A stretch of 64,000 nucleotides of DNA from Fistulifera solaris (lineage: Eukaryota): assembly GCA_030295235.1 (NCBI GenBank), contig AP026130.1, positions 62,001 through 126,000 of the forward strand, in the 5' to 3' direction. The notes beneath the pieces are model-generated. The model did not search any database and was not told the origin of the DNA. It saw only the letters and a list, made by a program, of their open reading frames with translations. How positions within the stretch are numbered: position 1 is the first letter of the stretch; each line of letters opens with the position of its first letter. Positions 13,724 through 26,572 of this stretch are shown piece by piece. The translations under genes were made by a program, and so were the position numbers.

Positions 13724-14826
13724 ATGAGTAGTAGTTGTCTTGTCACCGCAGTTTATTTTTCGCTGCTGTTGTTTTCCGCTATCAAGATAGCGCTCGTGTC
13801 AGCTCAATCGTCATGCAGCGCCGCGCAAAGTATTCAAGCGCAGATTTCGATCCCTCCTGGAAGCATTGAAATGTCAGAAGGCTTCGAAGACATCTTCTTT
13901 TTTATGCGAAAAACCATTGTCTTCAGCTGATTTGATGCCGGGCCTTTGGTTCAGCTACCTTCCTTCAGAAACAACAGTTGCACGTATTGCTACGGATACT
14001 TTAACAGATGAAGAAGGATCCTTCTATGCTTCAGAAATGGCCATCTTTGGGGACTCCTGCGATTCTCTGACCTGCATTGACGACACGTATTGCGATGGTG
14101 CGATACTGTTTCAAGCGGAAGCTGGTATCAAGTACTTCATCCTACTTTACCGTCAAAGGGGATCAACTGAGGATCCCTTGACGCTATCCCTTGATAAAAT
14201 TGTTGCTCCTCCGAACGACAACTGGGAGAACGCCGTCCCATTGACCCATCAAGATCTTCCTTATAAAGGAGACTTCACGACATTTGGTGCACTTTCTGAT
14301 TTTTAATCAAGATGCATGTGGTTTAGAAGCGGCTTATGGAGTCTGGTTTACATATACCACCACTCTTCCTGAAGAAACAGTTTTACTTAAAACCACACAA
14401 AGTACCTTAGCTGATGTCATTGGTATTCAAGCTCGATCAGGCGAAGGCATGGTTTGTGTTGCTATGGGAAACCCACTATCAACTGAGTGGACTGCCGTGG
14501 CCAACACACAGTACTTTATTCTGATCACGGATCACGTTCCGGAATATGGAGCAGCATTTGAATTGTCGTTGCAGTCCCGTACCTTCTTAGGACCACCCAC
14601 ATCGCCCAATCCTGCGCCTGCTCCTAGTGATCAAAGCTCAGCCCCCGTGATACCTCCATCATTGACAATAGGTACTCCGTCGCCAACTATTGTGGTCAGT
14701 GATCCGGGCACAACTTCTCCTGTAACTGCTCCAGAAACACCTCCGTCTGCATCTGGAGCTTACCCTCCAGAGGACTTATTCAAGACTTGTCTTGGTCTTG
14801 TAATCTTGTTGTTATTTGTTTTGTAA
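13724..14826 (+). CDS. Secreted cell-surface protein, probably GPI-anchored (frameshifted)
   Basis: Signal peptide ending ...ALVSA|QSSC, a PPNDNWENA motif, Cys residues, a P/S/T-rich stalk and a hydrophobic C-terminal tail. Frames shift at T-runs (~13900, ~14300). Confidence 0.65.
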
Positions 14827-15532
14827 ACAAGTTGGGTTTCATTCTTTGTGGACCGGCATCTGTTTGCGTACGCAAACAACATTGAAAAACGATGCAGCAA
14901 TCTTCCAAAGCATGTGAGTGATTTACGCGTTTGAATTAGGAAATAATTCCTAATAAAAATGGTAGAGCCAAAAGGGTTAAAAATGAAAACGAAGTATGCG
15001 TGTATCATTATGAATTAAAGTATTAGACTGTTTCCAAATTACAAAACTAGAGTGAACACAAACCGAATGCCTTAGAGAGAGAGAGAGAGAGAGATCCGAC
15101 GTTCGACTAACGTAGGTCCCCGTAGAGAAATGTACAAAGCAGAGGTGGGTCCTTGTGTCTACAGTTTTTCCTAGCCTAAATCGCTTATCCCCTGGTACTG
15201 GTACAGAATCTGAACTATAGAGACTAGAGACGTCATAACCGTTGACCATTAGTTCACTAAGGAAAGTGATTCTCGAAAACGTTAGATGAGTACTTAGACG
15301 AAGTCATCGCTATTTAGGCGCTTAGAGCGCTTCGCGTCCACACTTTACGGGATACTAGCTCAGTTAGTTAGGCAGGATGTCACGAACAAACCACACACAA
15401 ATTTGTCCAACAAATTTAAGTCACTTTCCTCGAAGCCGAAGGAGCACAACAAAGCTCTTTTTCATCGACTTCTTGGGTACAAAGTCACTTGTCACTCCCT
15501 ACAACAGTAATTCGTCGTAATAGCTTAGAATC

Positions 15533-16113
15533 ATGAAATTCTCCGCGATTGTGAAAGGTACGTGAAGCGCGGTTCGAGAACGATCCTTCATGCGTTTTCT
15601 CAATCTCATTGTTCTGCAACAGTTTTGTTGACGACGGGCTTTATTGGACGCAGTTCTGGTCAGGAACGCATGGCGTTGTTTCTCCATAACCACAATGGAT
15701 TCTTTCTTCAACTGAGTGGAGATCCGTCCCATCACGATGACCCGGAAAATCTTCAGGATAGTTTTGGTGCACAAAGGACCAGTTTCGGCCCGTGCGATAC
15801 CTCCATCGGCGCCGGCAAATGCCTGAGTTCAACAGATGCGTTCTATAATTATTGCAAAAAAGATGGTCTAAAACTGGAAGATTGCCAGGCCAGTGTTTCC
15901 AAGCTGTCAGAAGCGGTGGGTTTAGATTATGATAGCGAGACGCGCACTTGCTTTGCCCTGTTTGTTGGTGTCGGGTTGACTGAAGATGATCTGAAAGCGT
16001 TTTGCCCAAAGGCAGATGAAGTCGCCTTCTATTATCCTGAGACTTCTGGATTCCCGGTAGATGCTCAAAGTAACGTGGAATCCTTTGCATGCTTTCAATG
16101 TTCAAGGGGCTAA
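15533..16113 (+). CDS. Small secreted Cys-containing protein (2 exons)
   Basis: ATG at 15533 and a GT..AG intron 15558-15622 give MKFSAIVKVLLTTGFIGRSSG (signal-like). The mature part is Cys-rich. Confidence 0.6.
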
Positions 16114-16231
16114 ACTTTATAAAACATGGGGTAACGGTGATCTAGTAAAAACAATTGCATTCACAAGATCCTACTCTTTGACTACTTCAGTGTCATTCAG
16201 AAGTGTTAGATTAACAAACTGATTTCACTTG

Positions 16232-18587
16232 TCATGATCGAGAAGCTCGCCGGAGTAAAGATTCTGATGAAATTACGAGCGTCCCTTGTGCGAAACGAGG
16301 GATACTGGATTTTAATCCAAACTCCTGCTCTAACCATGCTTGTAAATAGTCACGCAATGATGTCTTGTTGGATTGTTTGCCCACGCCAGTAATGAGGGTA
16401 AGCTCTTGGTTATCCACGTGCTCATAGTGCTTTAACAAATAGCGACATGCTGCACGGGCTACAGAAAATGTTAACCCCGACAAATTAATTTCATTCGACG
16501 AATCCAAGAACCCATTCAGGAGCAACTTTCGCGCCACGGCATACGCTAGAATGCCGTCCACCTGCGTTTGATAGTCTTCTGAATCATCCGCGCCCGCTAA
16601 AGCCCCTATCACTTCCGTAATGGTAATGATATCCGGCAATAAATTCGCTTTCCCCGACGAATATTGCCGTTTTGGTACACCCGCCTCTTCTGTGCGTGTC
16701 AGCATCAATGTCTTCGGTTGCGCTGTACCTTGTTCCAACAATTCATTCCACAACTGCCAAGCTTGTTCGGGCCTGTGCGCCACACGTAACGCGGTAAATA
16801 CCGCATTATAGGCGACCAAATCCGGCTGGATTTTTGTTGCGTTTCATTTGCGCCAACAAATGCAAAGCGTGATCCGCTTGTCCATGCTTGCCACAACTCG
16901 CAATGGCAGCCGTATACACCAATCGATTGGGAGGTTGTGAACTATCTTGCATCTCTTGAATGTATTGGAGTGCCAACTCCCACGGACCATGACAACAACA
17001 CATAATGACAGCATTGTATGTAAATCCGTCTGGTTGTAAATTTTGCTGTTTGATTTCCTCCAGTAAGTTCACGGCATATTGCCAAACGGGAGTAGTCTCA
17101 TTGGCAGAGTTCGTTGTATTGGTAGTTGTGGTCGCAACATGCGGTTCCTTGGCTTGTTGTTTCGCGGTTTGTGCGAGCGCTTGCAAGGCGGCATTGTATG
17201 TTATTAACGGAATGCTCGCATCATCGCTTGTTGCTTTTAATTCATGCAGAAATTCCAATGCCCGATGCGGCGCTGCTTGCATGGCCACACGATACGTGAA
17301 ACTATTGGGAACAATCTTCTGTTGTTTCATTTCGTCCAACAATTGCAAAGCTCGCCCCGATTGTTTCAATGCGACACAAGCTTCCATGGCCGCCGTATAC
17401 AAATAAACATCCAACCGCCCCAATTTATCTTGCGCGACTTCAAACACAACCAACGCCCGTTTCCATTGTCGATCCTGCAGACACGCTCGTACCACGTGTG
17501 TATAAGTAACTGCGTTGGGTGCCAAATTGTATTTTTGCTGCAGTTCTTGCAACAGCTGCAACACCAACGGTACGTTACGTTCCCGTTGCGCCAGGTACAT
17601 GACACGATTGTACGTTTCAATGGTTGGTGATTGCGTGCGTTGCAAATCGCGCAACAAGGATTGCGCTGTCGTCAAGGGCACGTGTCGATGAAATAAAATG
17701 GCATGATAGCAATCGAGTGTCAGTTTGGCCGCATGATGTTGTCGCAGAAATTCCCAAAACGTCCAAACAGTTCTCCACGATTGTTGTGGTGCCGCCATTT
17801 GTAACAGTTCCAGCACATCCGCAGCAGTAAGAATAGCTTCCGCTCCTTGTAAGAGTGACAGGAGGGTCTCGATGGGACAATCTTTCGCATGAATACACAC
17901 ATTCCACAAAGCACGATACGTTTCCGCTTGTGTCGAATCGATTGCAGAGGCGTTGTGACCCGATTCTCGCTGTTGGAATAATTTCCATTCACGCAAAGCC
18001 CATTTCCATTGCCCCCGACGACACAAGACTTGAATGGCATCATTGTGCGTTTGGGACGATTGTCGCAGCAACGACCAAACGTCGTCGTCGTCGTCGCGAC
18101 TCGACATAGAGGAGCAATGATCCAGAATATATTCGACATGCATCCGCGTCGGTTCGACCGTTTGTTTCAAGGCATTCCAAACTTCCACCAAGAGTGAGTT
18201 GTCGGTGCTATTCGTAGAACTACTCGTAGCCTGCAAGCATTTGAGAAACGTCTGTTCTGTCTGTACAAACTCCAGTTGCTGCATGATTCGTAACGTTAGT
18301 AAAACGCCTTCCCAGTCATTGTGGCGTATGTAATCCGACAATTGGTCATCGCATTGTTCGGGTGTTATTGAGGGTAAATCCGTCAAAGTAGTTTCCGAGG
18401 CCATAGAATTGCTTTCGGAACAAGAACGTTGTGTTCTGCAACGAAAAGATATTATTTCTTTCTGTTGATGCGGTATTTTATGCGATAGAAGAATACTAGA
18501 AGGATTGTAGATTGTTGTTGTAAAGGACGTCCAGCCATGACAGGGCGAAAGGAGGAAATGCATTGTTAATAAAAGAAAGAGAATCAT
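16232..18587 (-). CDS. Pentatricopeptide-repeat protein with C-terminal SMR domain, organelle-targeted
   Basis: PPR motifs (PNAVTYTHVVRAC, PDGFTYNAVIMCC, PNRLVYTAAIASCGK) and SMR motif (INLSGL...LITGVG). N-terminal signal-like peptide. One frameshift in an A-run at ~16830. Confidence 0.85.
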
Positions 18588-18811
18588 TTCAGTATACAGC
18601 GAAGCGGAAAGACAGGAAGAAGAACCGAACATTCTTATTATTAGAAAAAGAAGGATTCACAGCGATAGGAATTTTGAAAATAGGGGATGGATAATACAGC
18701 ATAACAACAAAAATGGTTCTGTTGTTGCGAGTTGCGAGATCGCGATCATGCCGAAACTGAAAATAAACGCGTCGCGTGCATTTTTTCAATGCGGTCGACG
18801 CAAGGACATTG

Positions 18812-19251
18812 TTCATGACTGAACAGCAGCCATGGCGAAAACGGACAACGCTTCGCGCCTATAGTGAATTTCGAACACAACAGTCTTCGAGGCTCTTCGA
18901 CATCTTGAATCAAAATGTGCGTTGCAAATGCTTCAGTAGGCTAATGATTTGCATTCACGACAGAAATAAATCAACAATCTTGCAATAGAAATGTAGCTTG
19001 ATCACTCGAAGGAATATCTAACCATGACTGAAATGCAGTCGTGAAAAAGTAACCTTCTCTTTGGGCTACAGTAAATACGAAAGATATCATTTCTCTAGCA
19101 TTGTTGAGCTTGAATCTCTGAAAAGTCTCCAATACAATTTCTAGATTGAAAGGTGATCAGAGTGACTCTAGAATTGCAGACGGAAGCTTCAACTGGGATG
19201 CAAAGGGACCAATCCAAAAATCGGTTGCTCATGACTGAATTCAGTCTTGAA
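18812..19251 (+). repeat. Dispersed ~0.45-kb element, copy 1 (three TCATGACTGAA hairpin motifs)
   Basis: Motif cores at 18814, 19023 and 19230. The first spacer aligns with the copies at 31.3 kb and 61.5-62.0 kb. Confidence 0.75.
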
Positions 19252-19715
19252 AGCGTCAATTAACTAACACTCCGACCTACAGTGCAAGGCAGGTCGTCTT
19301 TGACACGTGTAACGCCGACAACACAGTTGCAGTTTCATTTCGTTGGTTCCCAAACGCGCGTTTCACACGAGATACAAAATAAAAACGCTTCTTACTTCGC
19401 AACGGATACTACTGCCATGTCCGAAGAACAACCCCTATCCCAACTTCCCACCTTGGAATCTCCGAAATTCGTCGCGCAACACGTGATGAAACGAAAAAAC
19501 AACAAACAAACAATTGCGAATGCGCAAGATGCAACAATTGTATGCAAGAATTGAACAATCGCCGTTCATGCGCTTTTTTTCAGTTACAAACGTTCACAAT
19601 CGAAAGCGACCCAAGGATGATTTGTCAAGGCGAAGTTGTCTTTTGTTTCCGATAATATTACAACGACAAACACAAGCAAACAACATTCCTTTGTCATCCT
19701 CTTGAAAATTGAAAA

Positions 19716-21504
19716 ATGACAGCCAATTCCTCTCCATCCTCTTTGCATCAGTCAAACAATGATGAAGATCTTGTCGAAAGAACGCATCCAGCTAGTCATG
19801 ACGGCGAAGATCACGAGAACGAAGTAGAAACGCCCACTTCTTCGCCCTCCGAAGAAGAACCGTCTCAACCAAAATCCTTCTGCGAAACCATTACCAGTCC
19901 AACACTCCGTCCCTTTGTCATTATCAGTACTTCCTATTTACTCTTTACGATCACAGATGGCGCCATTCGCATGATTGTTTTGTTGCATGCGTACAACAAA
20001 TCCTTTTCGGCCCTCCAAGTCGCGTACATGTTCACCTTGTACGAACTCGCCGGGGTCGTGACCAATTTGGCCGCGGGCTTTCTCGGAGCCCAATGGGGCA
20101 TTCGGTACACACTGCTGTGTGGCTTGTTGTTGCAATTGCTGTCGTATGGACTCTTGTTTGGATGGAACGATACATGGTCGCAACAAACGGCCATTGTGTA
20201 CGTGACCATCGCACAAATGTTTGCGGGGATTGCCAAAGATTTGACCAAATTGGGAGGCAAGACCGTCACCAAATTAGTGACACCGGAAGATAAAGAGACA
20301 CAGTTGTTTCGATTGGTGAGTCTGTTGACGGGATGGAAGAATTCATTGAAAGGCGTGGGATATTTCTTAGGGAGTGCCTTGTTGCAAGTCTCCTATGAAC
20401 TGGCGTTGTGTGTCATGATGGGATTGGTTTTGTTGGCCTTGCCTTGGGCGTATCTAGGGTTAGATAACAATTTGGGGACGGCCAAAAAGAGAATGCGACG
20501 TGGCGGTCGGTATTCAAAATGGACAATACAAATTTGAACTGGTTGAGTGCGGCGCGGTTGTTTCTCTTTGCCAGTCGTGATTTTTGGTTCGAAGTACCGT
20601 TGCCCTTCTTTTGCGCAGTCCGGCGTGTGAGGGATTGGGAGAAACGGTGTGTGCTTTGGGAGAAATCAACGATATTTGTCAAGTAGGATCGGTTTGTGTC
20701 AATGAAGTCTGTACGGCTTTGAACAGTGGCGGAGGATGCGGTGGATTGGGCATGAATCGTGTCGTGGTCGGTGCCATGTTGGGAGGGTACATCATCTTGT
20801 ACGGGCAGGTTCAATCTTGGACACCGCAATGGATCACGGGACCGTTGCAACAAACCCCACCGAACAAATGGACCGAAGTATGGTGGGGTGTTATCAATAG
20901 TATACCGACATTGATTGCGGGTTGTTTGTTGCAATTTGCCCCGGCCTTTGAAAACAATGGCGTAGAGGATGCGGAAGAACGGAACGAAGTTGTCATGACG
21001 ATTCTCATGATTGTGATTTTGGTCACATTTGCTTTCGTCTTTGCCGTCAATTCGTCGATTCATTCGTATTTGATTGTGGCGTATGCGAGTATGGACAAAG
21101 TCGCTGTTTCGGTCGGTTTCTATTACATGAGCAATGCCGTGGGACGGCTCTTCGGAACGTTAGGATCGGGATTGTTGTACACGTATGTCGGTGAAACCGA
21201 TTGGGCCACGGCCGCGTCGGGTCATGATGCTGTAGCAGGTTTGGCGGCTTGTTTCTTTGCTGGTACCATCTGTAGTTTACTGGCGGCGTGGATCACGATT
21301 CGCATTGATGACAACAAGAGTGGGCTGAAATGCGGTCCATGTTGGACGATTGTACCGGTGAACGAGGGGTTCGACAAAGACGATGAAGAACAAGCAATAG
21401 TCGAACAGCAGCAGCATTCAGTCGGAGTCGTCGTCAACGACGAAGTCAACCGAGAGGAGGATGGTGGATCAAAGCCCTATAAAGACGCAACACCCAGTCA
21501 ATAG
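19716..21504 (+). CDS. arsJ: ArsJ-like organoarsenical efflux MFS transporter (frameshifted)
   Basis: ArsJ-type motifs FTITDGAIRMIVLLH, YELAGVVTNL, GIAKDLTK, KNSLKGVGYFLG, AARLFLFASRDFW, NSSIHSYLI and GFYYMSNAVGRLFGT. Frameshifts at ~20487 and ~20610. Confidence 0.8.
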
Positions 21505-21614
21505 AAATTATTTCTGTATTTTTTACATATTTCAAGTAAATTTATATAGAAGAAGAATCTTTTGTGCTTCCCTAACAACTACTAATGATGAAGTCTCGCA
21601 GTCGTTGTTCTGTT

Positions 21615-22304
21615 TTAAAAATCATCTTGCAAATCCAACACCAAATGCTCTTCCCCCGCTTTGAAGGCTGGTTTTCCCAAATACGGACAGGACGCACAAC
21701 GAAAGGCATCTCCCAAACCGCATTTTCCACACGAACTGGTCTTTGGTAGTTGCTGTTCGAGCAAGACGGAACTCCCGTCTTTGCGACCGCACGTACAATC
21801 CGCACACGGTTCTCGACCTCCACAATCGTCTCCTTTCGTGGTGACCGCCGACATGGAAGGCGGCGGTGCTAACAAATCACTTTCGAGTAGGGAATTTTCA
21901 TCCAACAGAGGACTCGCCAACAAAGGCTTGGCCTGCATCCGAACATCGGGGGCGCGTTTTTGGGCTTGTACCGTCACCGTGTCGGTTGCTTTCCGTTCTC
22001 CCGTCGCTACCAGACCGGCCAGTAACAAGGATGTTTGAATTGTTGACGAGATTTCCGGTGTCAAGCTGCCCTGCACATGAATTTGTACGTTGGAACAAGA
22101 AGAAAAGGACGACAAATGCATCGGCGAATTCCATACGGTCGCAAATTCATCGGCTTGGACGTAAATATCTAGATTCGCGGTATCTTGCGCTGGCTGTGCA
22201 TCCGTCCAAAGTGCAACACGACGTACAGTTGATTCATCCAGAGACGATGGGATTGTCGCATTCCCCAAAACAATCGTGCACGATGGAGTTGTTGCGGCGG
22301 TCAT
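21615..22304 (-). CDS. DRE2: Anamorsin / Dre2 Fe-S cluster assembly protein
   Basis: C-terminal CADCTCG and [26 protein letters not shown] signature. Confidence 0.92.
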   Translation of the reverse strand: MTAATTPSCTIVLGNATIPSSLDESTVRRVALWTDAQPAQDTANLDIYVQADEFATVWNSPMHLSSFSSCSNVQIHVQGSLTPEISSTIQTSLLLAGLVATGERKATDTVTVQAQKRAPDVRMQAKPLLASPLLDENSLLESDLLAPPPSMSAVTTKGDDCGGREPCADCTCGRKDGSSVLLEQQLPKTSSCGKCGLGDAFRCASCPYLGKPAFKAGEEHLVLDLQDDF

Positions 22305-22529
22305 TTTGCGTCGTAGTGTGCGGTGTTCTTTGACAGCAATCGCAATGCGAATAATCAATATTGCAAAAGAGAATGAACTCGAAGAGAAAATAATAGTATT
22401 ATTATCTTCTTGAATAGATGGTGCAAATTATAATGTTCGTTTTGTTTTGATAGGAGCGTCGTGTGTGCGCTTCGCGTTTTGTCGCGGTGCAATTCGGATT
22501 GCGTCTCTCCTGCGACCTGCGACTCTCCG

Positions 22530-23140
22530 ATTCCAGAATTTCTGGAACAGTACAAAGTTTCTTCTGAAGGGGACACAGAATTTTTACAGCTAACACAATC
22601 CTTAATAAATTATTCCAAATACCAAGAACACAGTCTCCAACATTTCTGGGACGTCTAGTCTAAATAAGATCTTTATGCTACCAGGTAAACCGCGCGTCTC
22701 CAAAATGAAAGGAACTACCAGGTATAACAACAAGCACCTCTATCTGTATGTGCCTAAAAAACACCTGGTCCAGAATATCTGGACCAATCACACAGAATTT
22801 CTGCAAGTCCATAAGCGATTTCCAGAAATTCTGGAATTGACACGAAATTGTTGGATGACCGAAAATACTCGGTCCAGAATGGTTGGTAATTGGTTGGTTT
22901 CAAAACAAAATTTCGGACCGTTCGACGACAACACTTACTAATTTTTTCCTGAACTACTACAGAGCACATTTATGCCTTAAAAACACCTGGTCCAGAATAT
23001 CTGGACCAATCACACAGAATTTCTGTATGACCCTAATCGATTTCCAGAAATTCTGGAAATTGTCAGGAAATTGCTGGTGGCGACTGGCGACCGAAAATAC
23101 TCGGTCCAGAATTTCTGGACCTTCCACAGAGTTTCTGTAA
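22530..23140. repeat. Degenerate ~220-bp tandem repeat rich in CCAGAWWWTCTGG palindromes
   Basis: aaaaacacctggtccagaatatctggaccaatcacacagaatttctg occurs at ~22758 and ~22979, with a weaker unit at ~22530-22620. Confidence 0.75.
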
Positions 23141-23518
23141 GACCAGAAACGCATTTATCCGGATTTCAAACGCGACGAATGATGCGTTTCTTTTTGTTAT
23201 ATAGATACGATGACTTACCGAATCAAAAGCCACATACAACGAAGTGTCTAGAAGATTGAAAGAACTATGTCAGGGGCGCAAAAGGCAAGAGCGTTCCGGC
23301 CAATCAGATTCCGATTGAAAGTCAGATTGTCTGTTTGATCGAACGCTTTAGGGGCGCAACAATATTCTATCCTGCTGAAACATGTTGTGGGGATGTTTAA
23401 GATTTATCACTTATTTAACCTAGCAGAGCTTGAAGAATTGACTAGAAACCGCAGTGGATGTGATGCTGCTTCAAAAGATCACATTTTTACTTTACTGATT
23501 TACAAAACACACAGCAAT

Positions 23519-25797
23519 TCACGGCACTGCAATTTGTGATTCCAGCCCGTCCGCCTCGTTCAAAATGTCATCAGCTGCTTTTTCGGCCATCATGTACACA
23601 GGAACCATGGGATAGAAGCCAGGTTGATCCGGAAAGACGCTTGCATCGACGATGCGCCAACGTTCAACACCACGAACTCGAAATTGTCCTACCACTGCCA
23701 TCTCATCGGTCCCCATTTTGGCAGTCCCTGTGGGATTTTGCCCCCAACCATTCGATCGGACCCAAGCTTTTACATCCTCAAACGACTCGACAGTATCGCC
23801 TTGAACAGCTTCTTTTCCAACAATTCCCAACCGCTGCAATCGACGATAGCAATTGCGAATTTCTTCTACCACGCGCCCCGTTTTGATCAAATCTTCTTCA
23901 TCGTATCCGTTGAAATCAATCTGCACCGAATCGAAGGGGTTCGCGGACGTCAATCGCACGGTGCCTTTGCTAGGACCAGTGCGGGGTGTGGATGTATTGA
24001 TGGTCAGCGTATCCTCTTCATTTTCATACAAAGCCATATCCACCCAGCCATCATTGTATCCTAGAAATTTGTTGACACCCATTTGAATGTACATGTCCGG
24101 ACGAGACAAGTTTGGATCTGTTTTGCGTTGAATCGCAATTAACGAACCGGGAGATGTGTACAAATTGGGAGATTGGCCATTCATAAATTCCACATAGCAC
24201 GGGTCTTCTTCGGGCGTGGGTTTGAGAAAGGTACAACCTTGTTGAAAGACTTTCCACGTGCTGGGCATTTGCCAATTCATGGTCGCTTCCAATTTGTCGG
24301 CAAGATTTTCGCCCACACCGGGTAAATCCACAAGGACGGGTATATTAAATTCCGTCAAATGTTCCTTGGGACCAATACCACTGAGCATGAGTATTTGCGG
24401 TGTATTGAAGGTCCCACCCGCTAATATGACTTCTTTCCGGGCGAAATAAGTGATTTCATTGTCTTCCTTGGTTTTTGTGCCCGTGGCTACGCTGTAGAGG
24501 GCTGTACCTGGTTGAACTTGAACGCCATACGCCCGGGGTGCCCCGTCATCGGTGACGTTCATTAAGACTTTTGTGACAAAGAGTTTTCTCGAACAATCAA
24601 AGTTCGAAAGGACTGTTCGGTCTAGTAAATCAAATCAGCCACGCTGGATCGCATGCAGCCTTTCGAAGAACGGATTGAGTTGGGTGTCAAATGCGCACCT
24701 TCCCGGAGATTTCCACCCAACGCATTGGCATCAAACAAAAGCAACGGCAACGTATTGCCATTCATGCGACGAAATCGTTGGAAGAATCGAGCGATTGGAT
24801 TCCGTGGCAACTGTGACAGCACAAAGTGACCGATTATAGTGTTGAGCTGGGTATCGAAAAAGGCACGGTCGGTTAAAGGGCCCAGATCGACTAAGCTGGT
24901 GCTCATAAATCCGTCAAAGCCGTGTCCTTTGTCGGAGAATCGACTGTTGCGCTTTGTATATTCACATTTTTCGATGCGCTGAAAACGTTCTCGCATTTTG
25001 GTTTCGGCAAATTCGTCATCGCCCGTGATTTTCTGCAGATTTGTGAAGAATTCTGGAAATGGATACATGGCCAGCATGGCGTTGTGTAGGGCCGATCCAC
25101 CAATGGCGGACGATCGTGGATATAACACAGAGTCACGACTAGTGATTGGACTCGACTCGACTCGTGAGGACCAACCAAATCGGAGCCGGGTTTTCTGCCA
25201 ACCGGGTCGGGTCGAGTTATGGCTCGGTTACGTCATGAGAATACATTAGTACTATAAGCGCTACAGTCAGTGTCGCAGCGACATCACATATACGACGCTG
25301 CGACATGACAAACGTACTGAATGTACATTCCAAGGCCAACTCGGTTCAACCGAGTTCATGAAAAATCAAAGCGAGCCGGGTCAAACTTGGTTCAACTCGG
25401 TTAACCCGGGTCAAAATATTGACTCGAGTCCAATCACTAGTCACGACCGGGATCAACGGCCGAGTTGGAGGGTCGAAATCGCCATTCAATCTCGGTGTCT
25501 TCGGTGGAAAGAGGCCACATGAGCGGCACTGTAGTGACCGGTTGGTCTGGATAACGAGGCCCAGCATCCAACAAGAGTGTCGAATAACCCGCTTCTGCCA
25601 ATCGGGATGCCAGTACACCACCACCCGCTCCTGCTCCGACTACGATATAATCATATGTGTTGTCATGACTCGAACGGCTTCGGTGGTTGTTGGGATCGGC
25701 ATCTGTTTGGTTTGATGCTGTTTTGTCCTTGGACGGTCGCGCCAGACTGCGGTACATGCAATGCGTAGCTAGTAATAAGAGTAATAAAGAGTCTCAT
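23519..25797 (-). pseudogene. Secreted GMC oxidoreductase, interrupted by a MITE, probably a pseudogene
   Basis: YDYIVVGAGAGG, LYPRSSAIGGSALHNAM, EVILAGGTFNTPQILMLSGIGP and VDASVFP motifs. It carries a MITE at 25140-25439, an in-frame TAG at 24622 and frameshifts. The usual catalytic His region reads WGQNPTGT. Confidence 0.75.
25140..25439. mobile_element. hAT-type MITE, 300 bp
   Basis: Perfect TIR TAGTGATTGGACTCGA and 8-bp TSD GTCACGAC (25132-25139 and 25440-25447). Removing the element plus one TSD restores VDPGRDSVLYPR. Confidence 0.92.
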
Positions 25798-26572
25798 TCT
25801 TTTGTGTTTGTTTCGTAATGTTGAAAATGATGATGGGTTTTCTTTTGCGTTGTGATGGATGAAAGATCGTCCTCGTTTTTTTTGTGGCCGGTCGTCGCGC
25901 ATCGGCCATACTTGTACTAGCTGGTACCTACTAATGAACGATACCAAAGTATCTTTTATGGGTGGTCAGTACTATCTTTTGTATAGAACAAAAATCGTTT
26001 CTGACCTAATAGAGAAATGAAGCATCTGCGTGACGTTTTCGTTACCGCTAAGACAAATGTAGGAAAGAGTTCGATGACGTATGTCAAGACGTTTTGTGCA
26101 TCACTACGCGTCGGGAACTTTGCCAGCCAGAAAAGCAGAAAGTCTTCGTTGGAATTCGCGACCGTTTTGTTGCAGAACGGCAAGTGTGTCACTTTTTCAC
26201 CAAACTTCCGAAGTCGAACGACAGAACTTCATCGCATTGTCTCATAACTTCGTATTAGAGCTCCTTCACTTTCTTACGTCAATTACCTTTCTTCACGGCA
26301 TTTTCCAGCTCAAAGCTCACAGACAACTCAGAGCCCGACTCACAGCTTCAATCTCTGACGGATAAAAAGTGTAGATGAGCAAGAGCTAACTTCAATGACG
26401 TAGACGCCATGTGCCGATTGCCATCTCGGAACTTGTTATTTCTCCACTTCTCCGCCTGACGGCTTTTTTTCTGATCGTTCCATCCTTCGATCTTTGTGGA
26501 ACATCTTTCAAAGATCTCATTCTTTTTCGTTTTTGATTTTGTGTTGGCATTCAACAAGTTTTTGTCTTCTTC

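Noticed and set aside
15073..15094. (GA)n run
   Set aside because: Ordinary microsatellite.
15348..15385. tRNA A-box-like TAGCTCAGTTAG
   Set aside because: No T-arm or acceptor-stem pairing follows.
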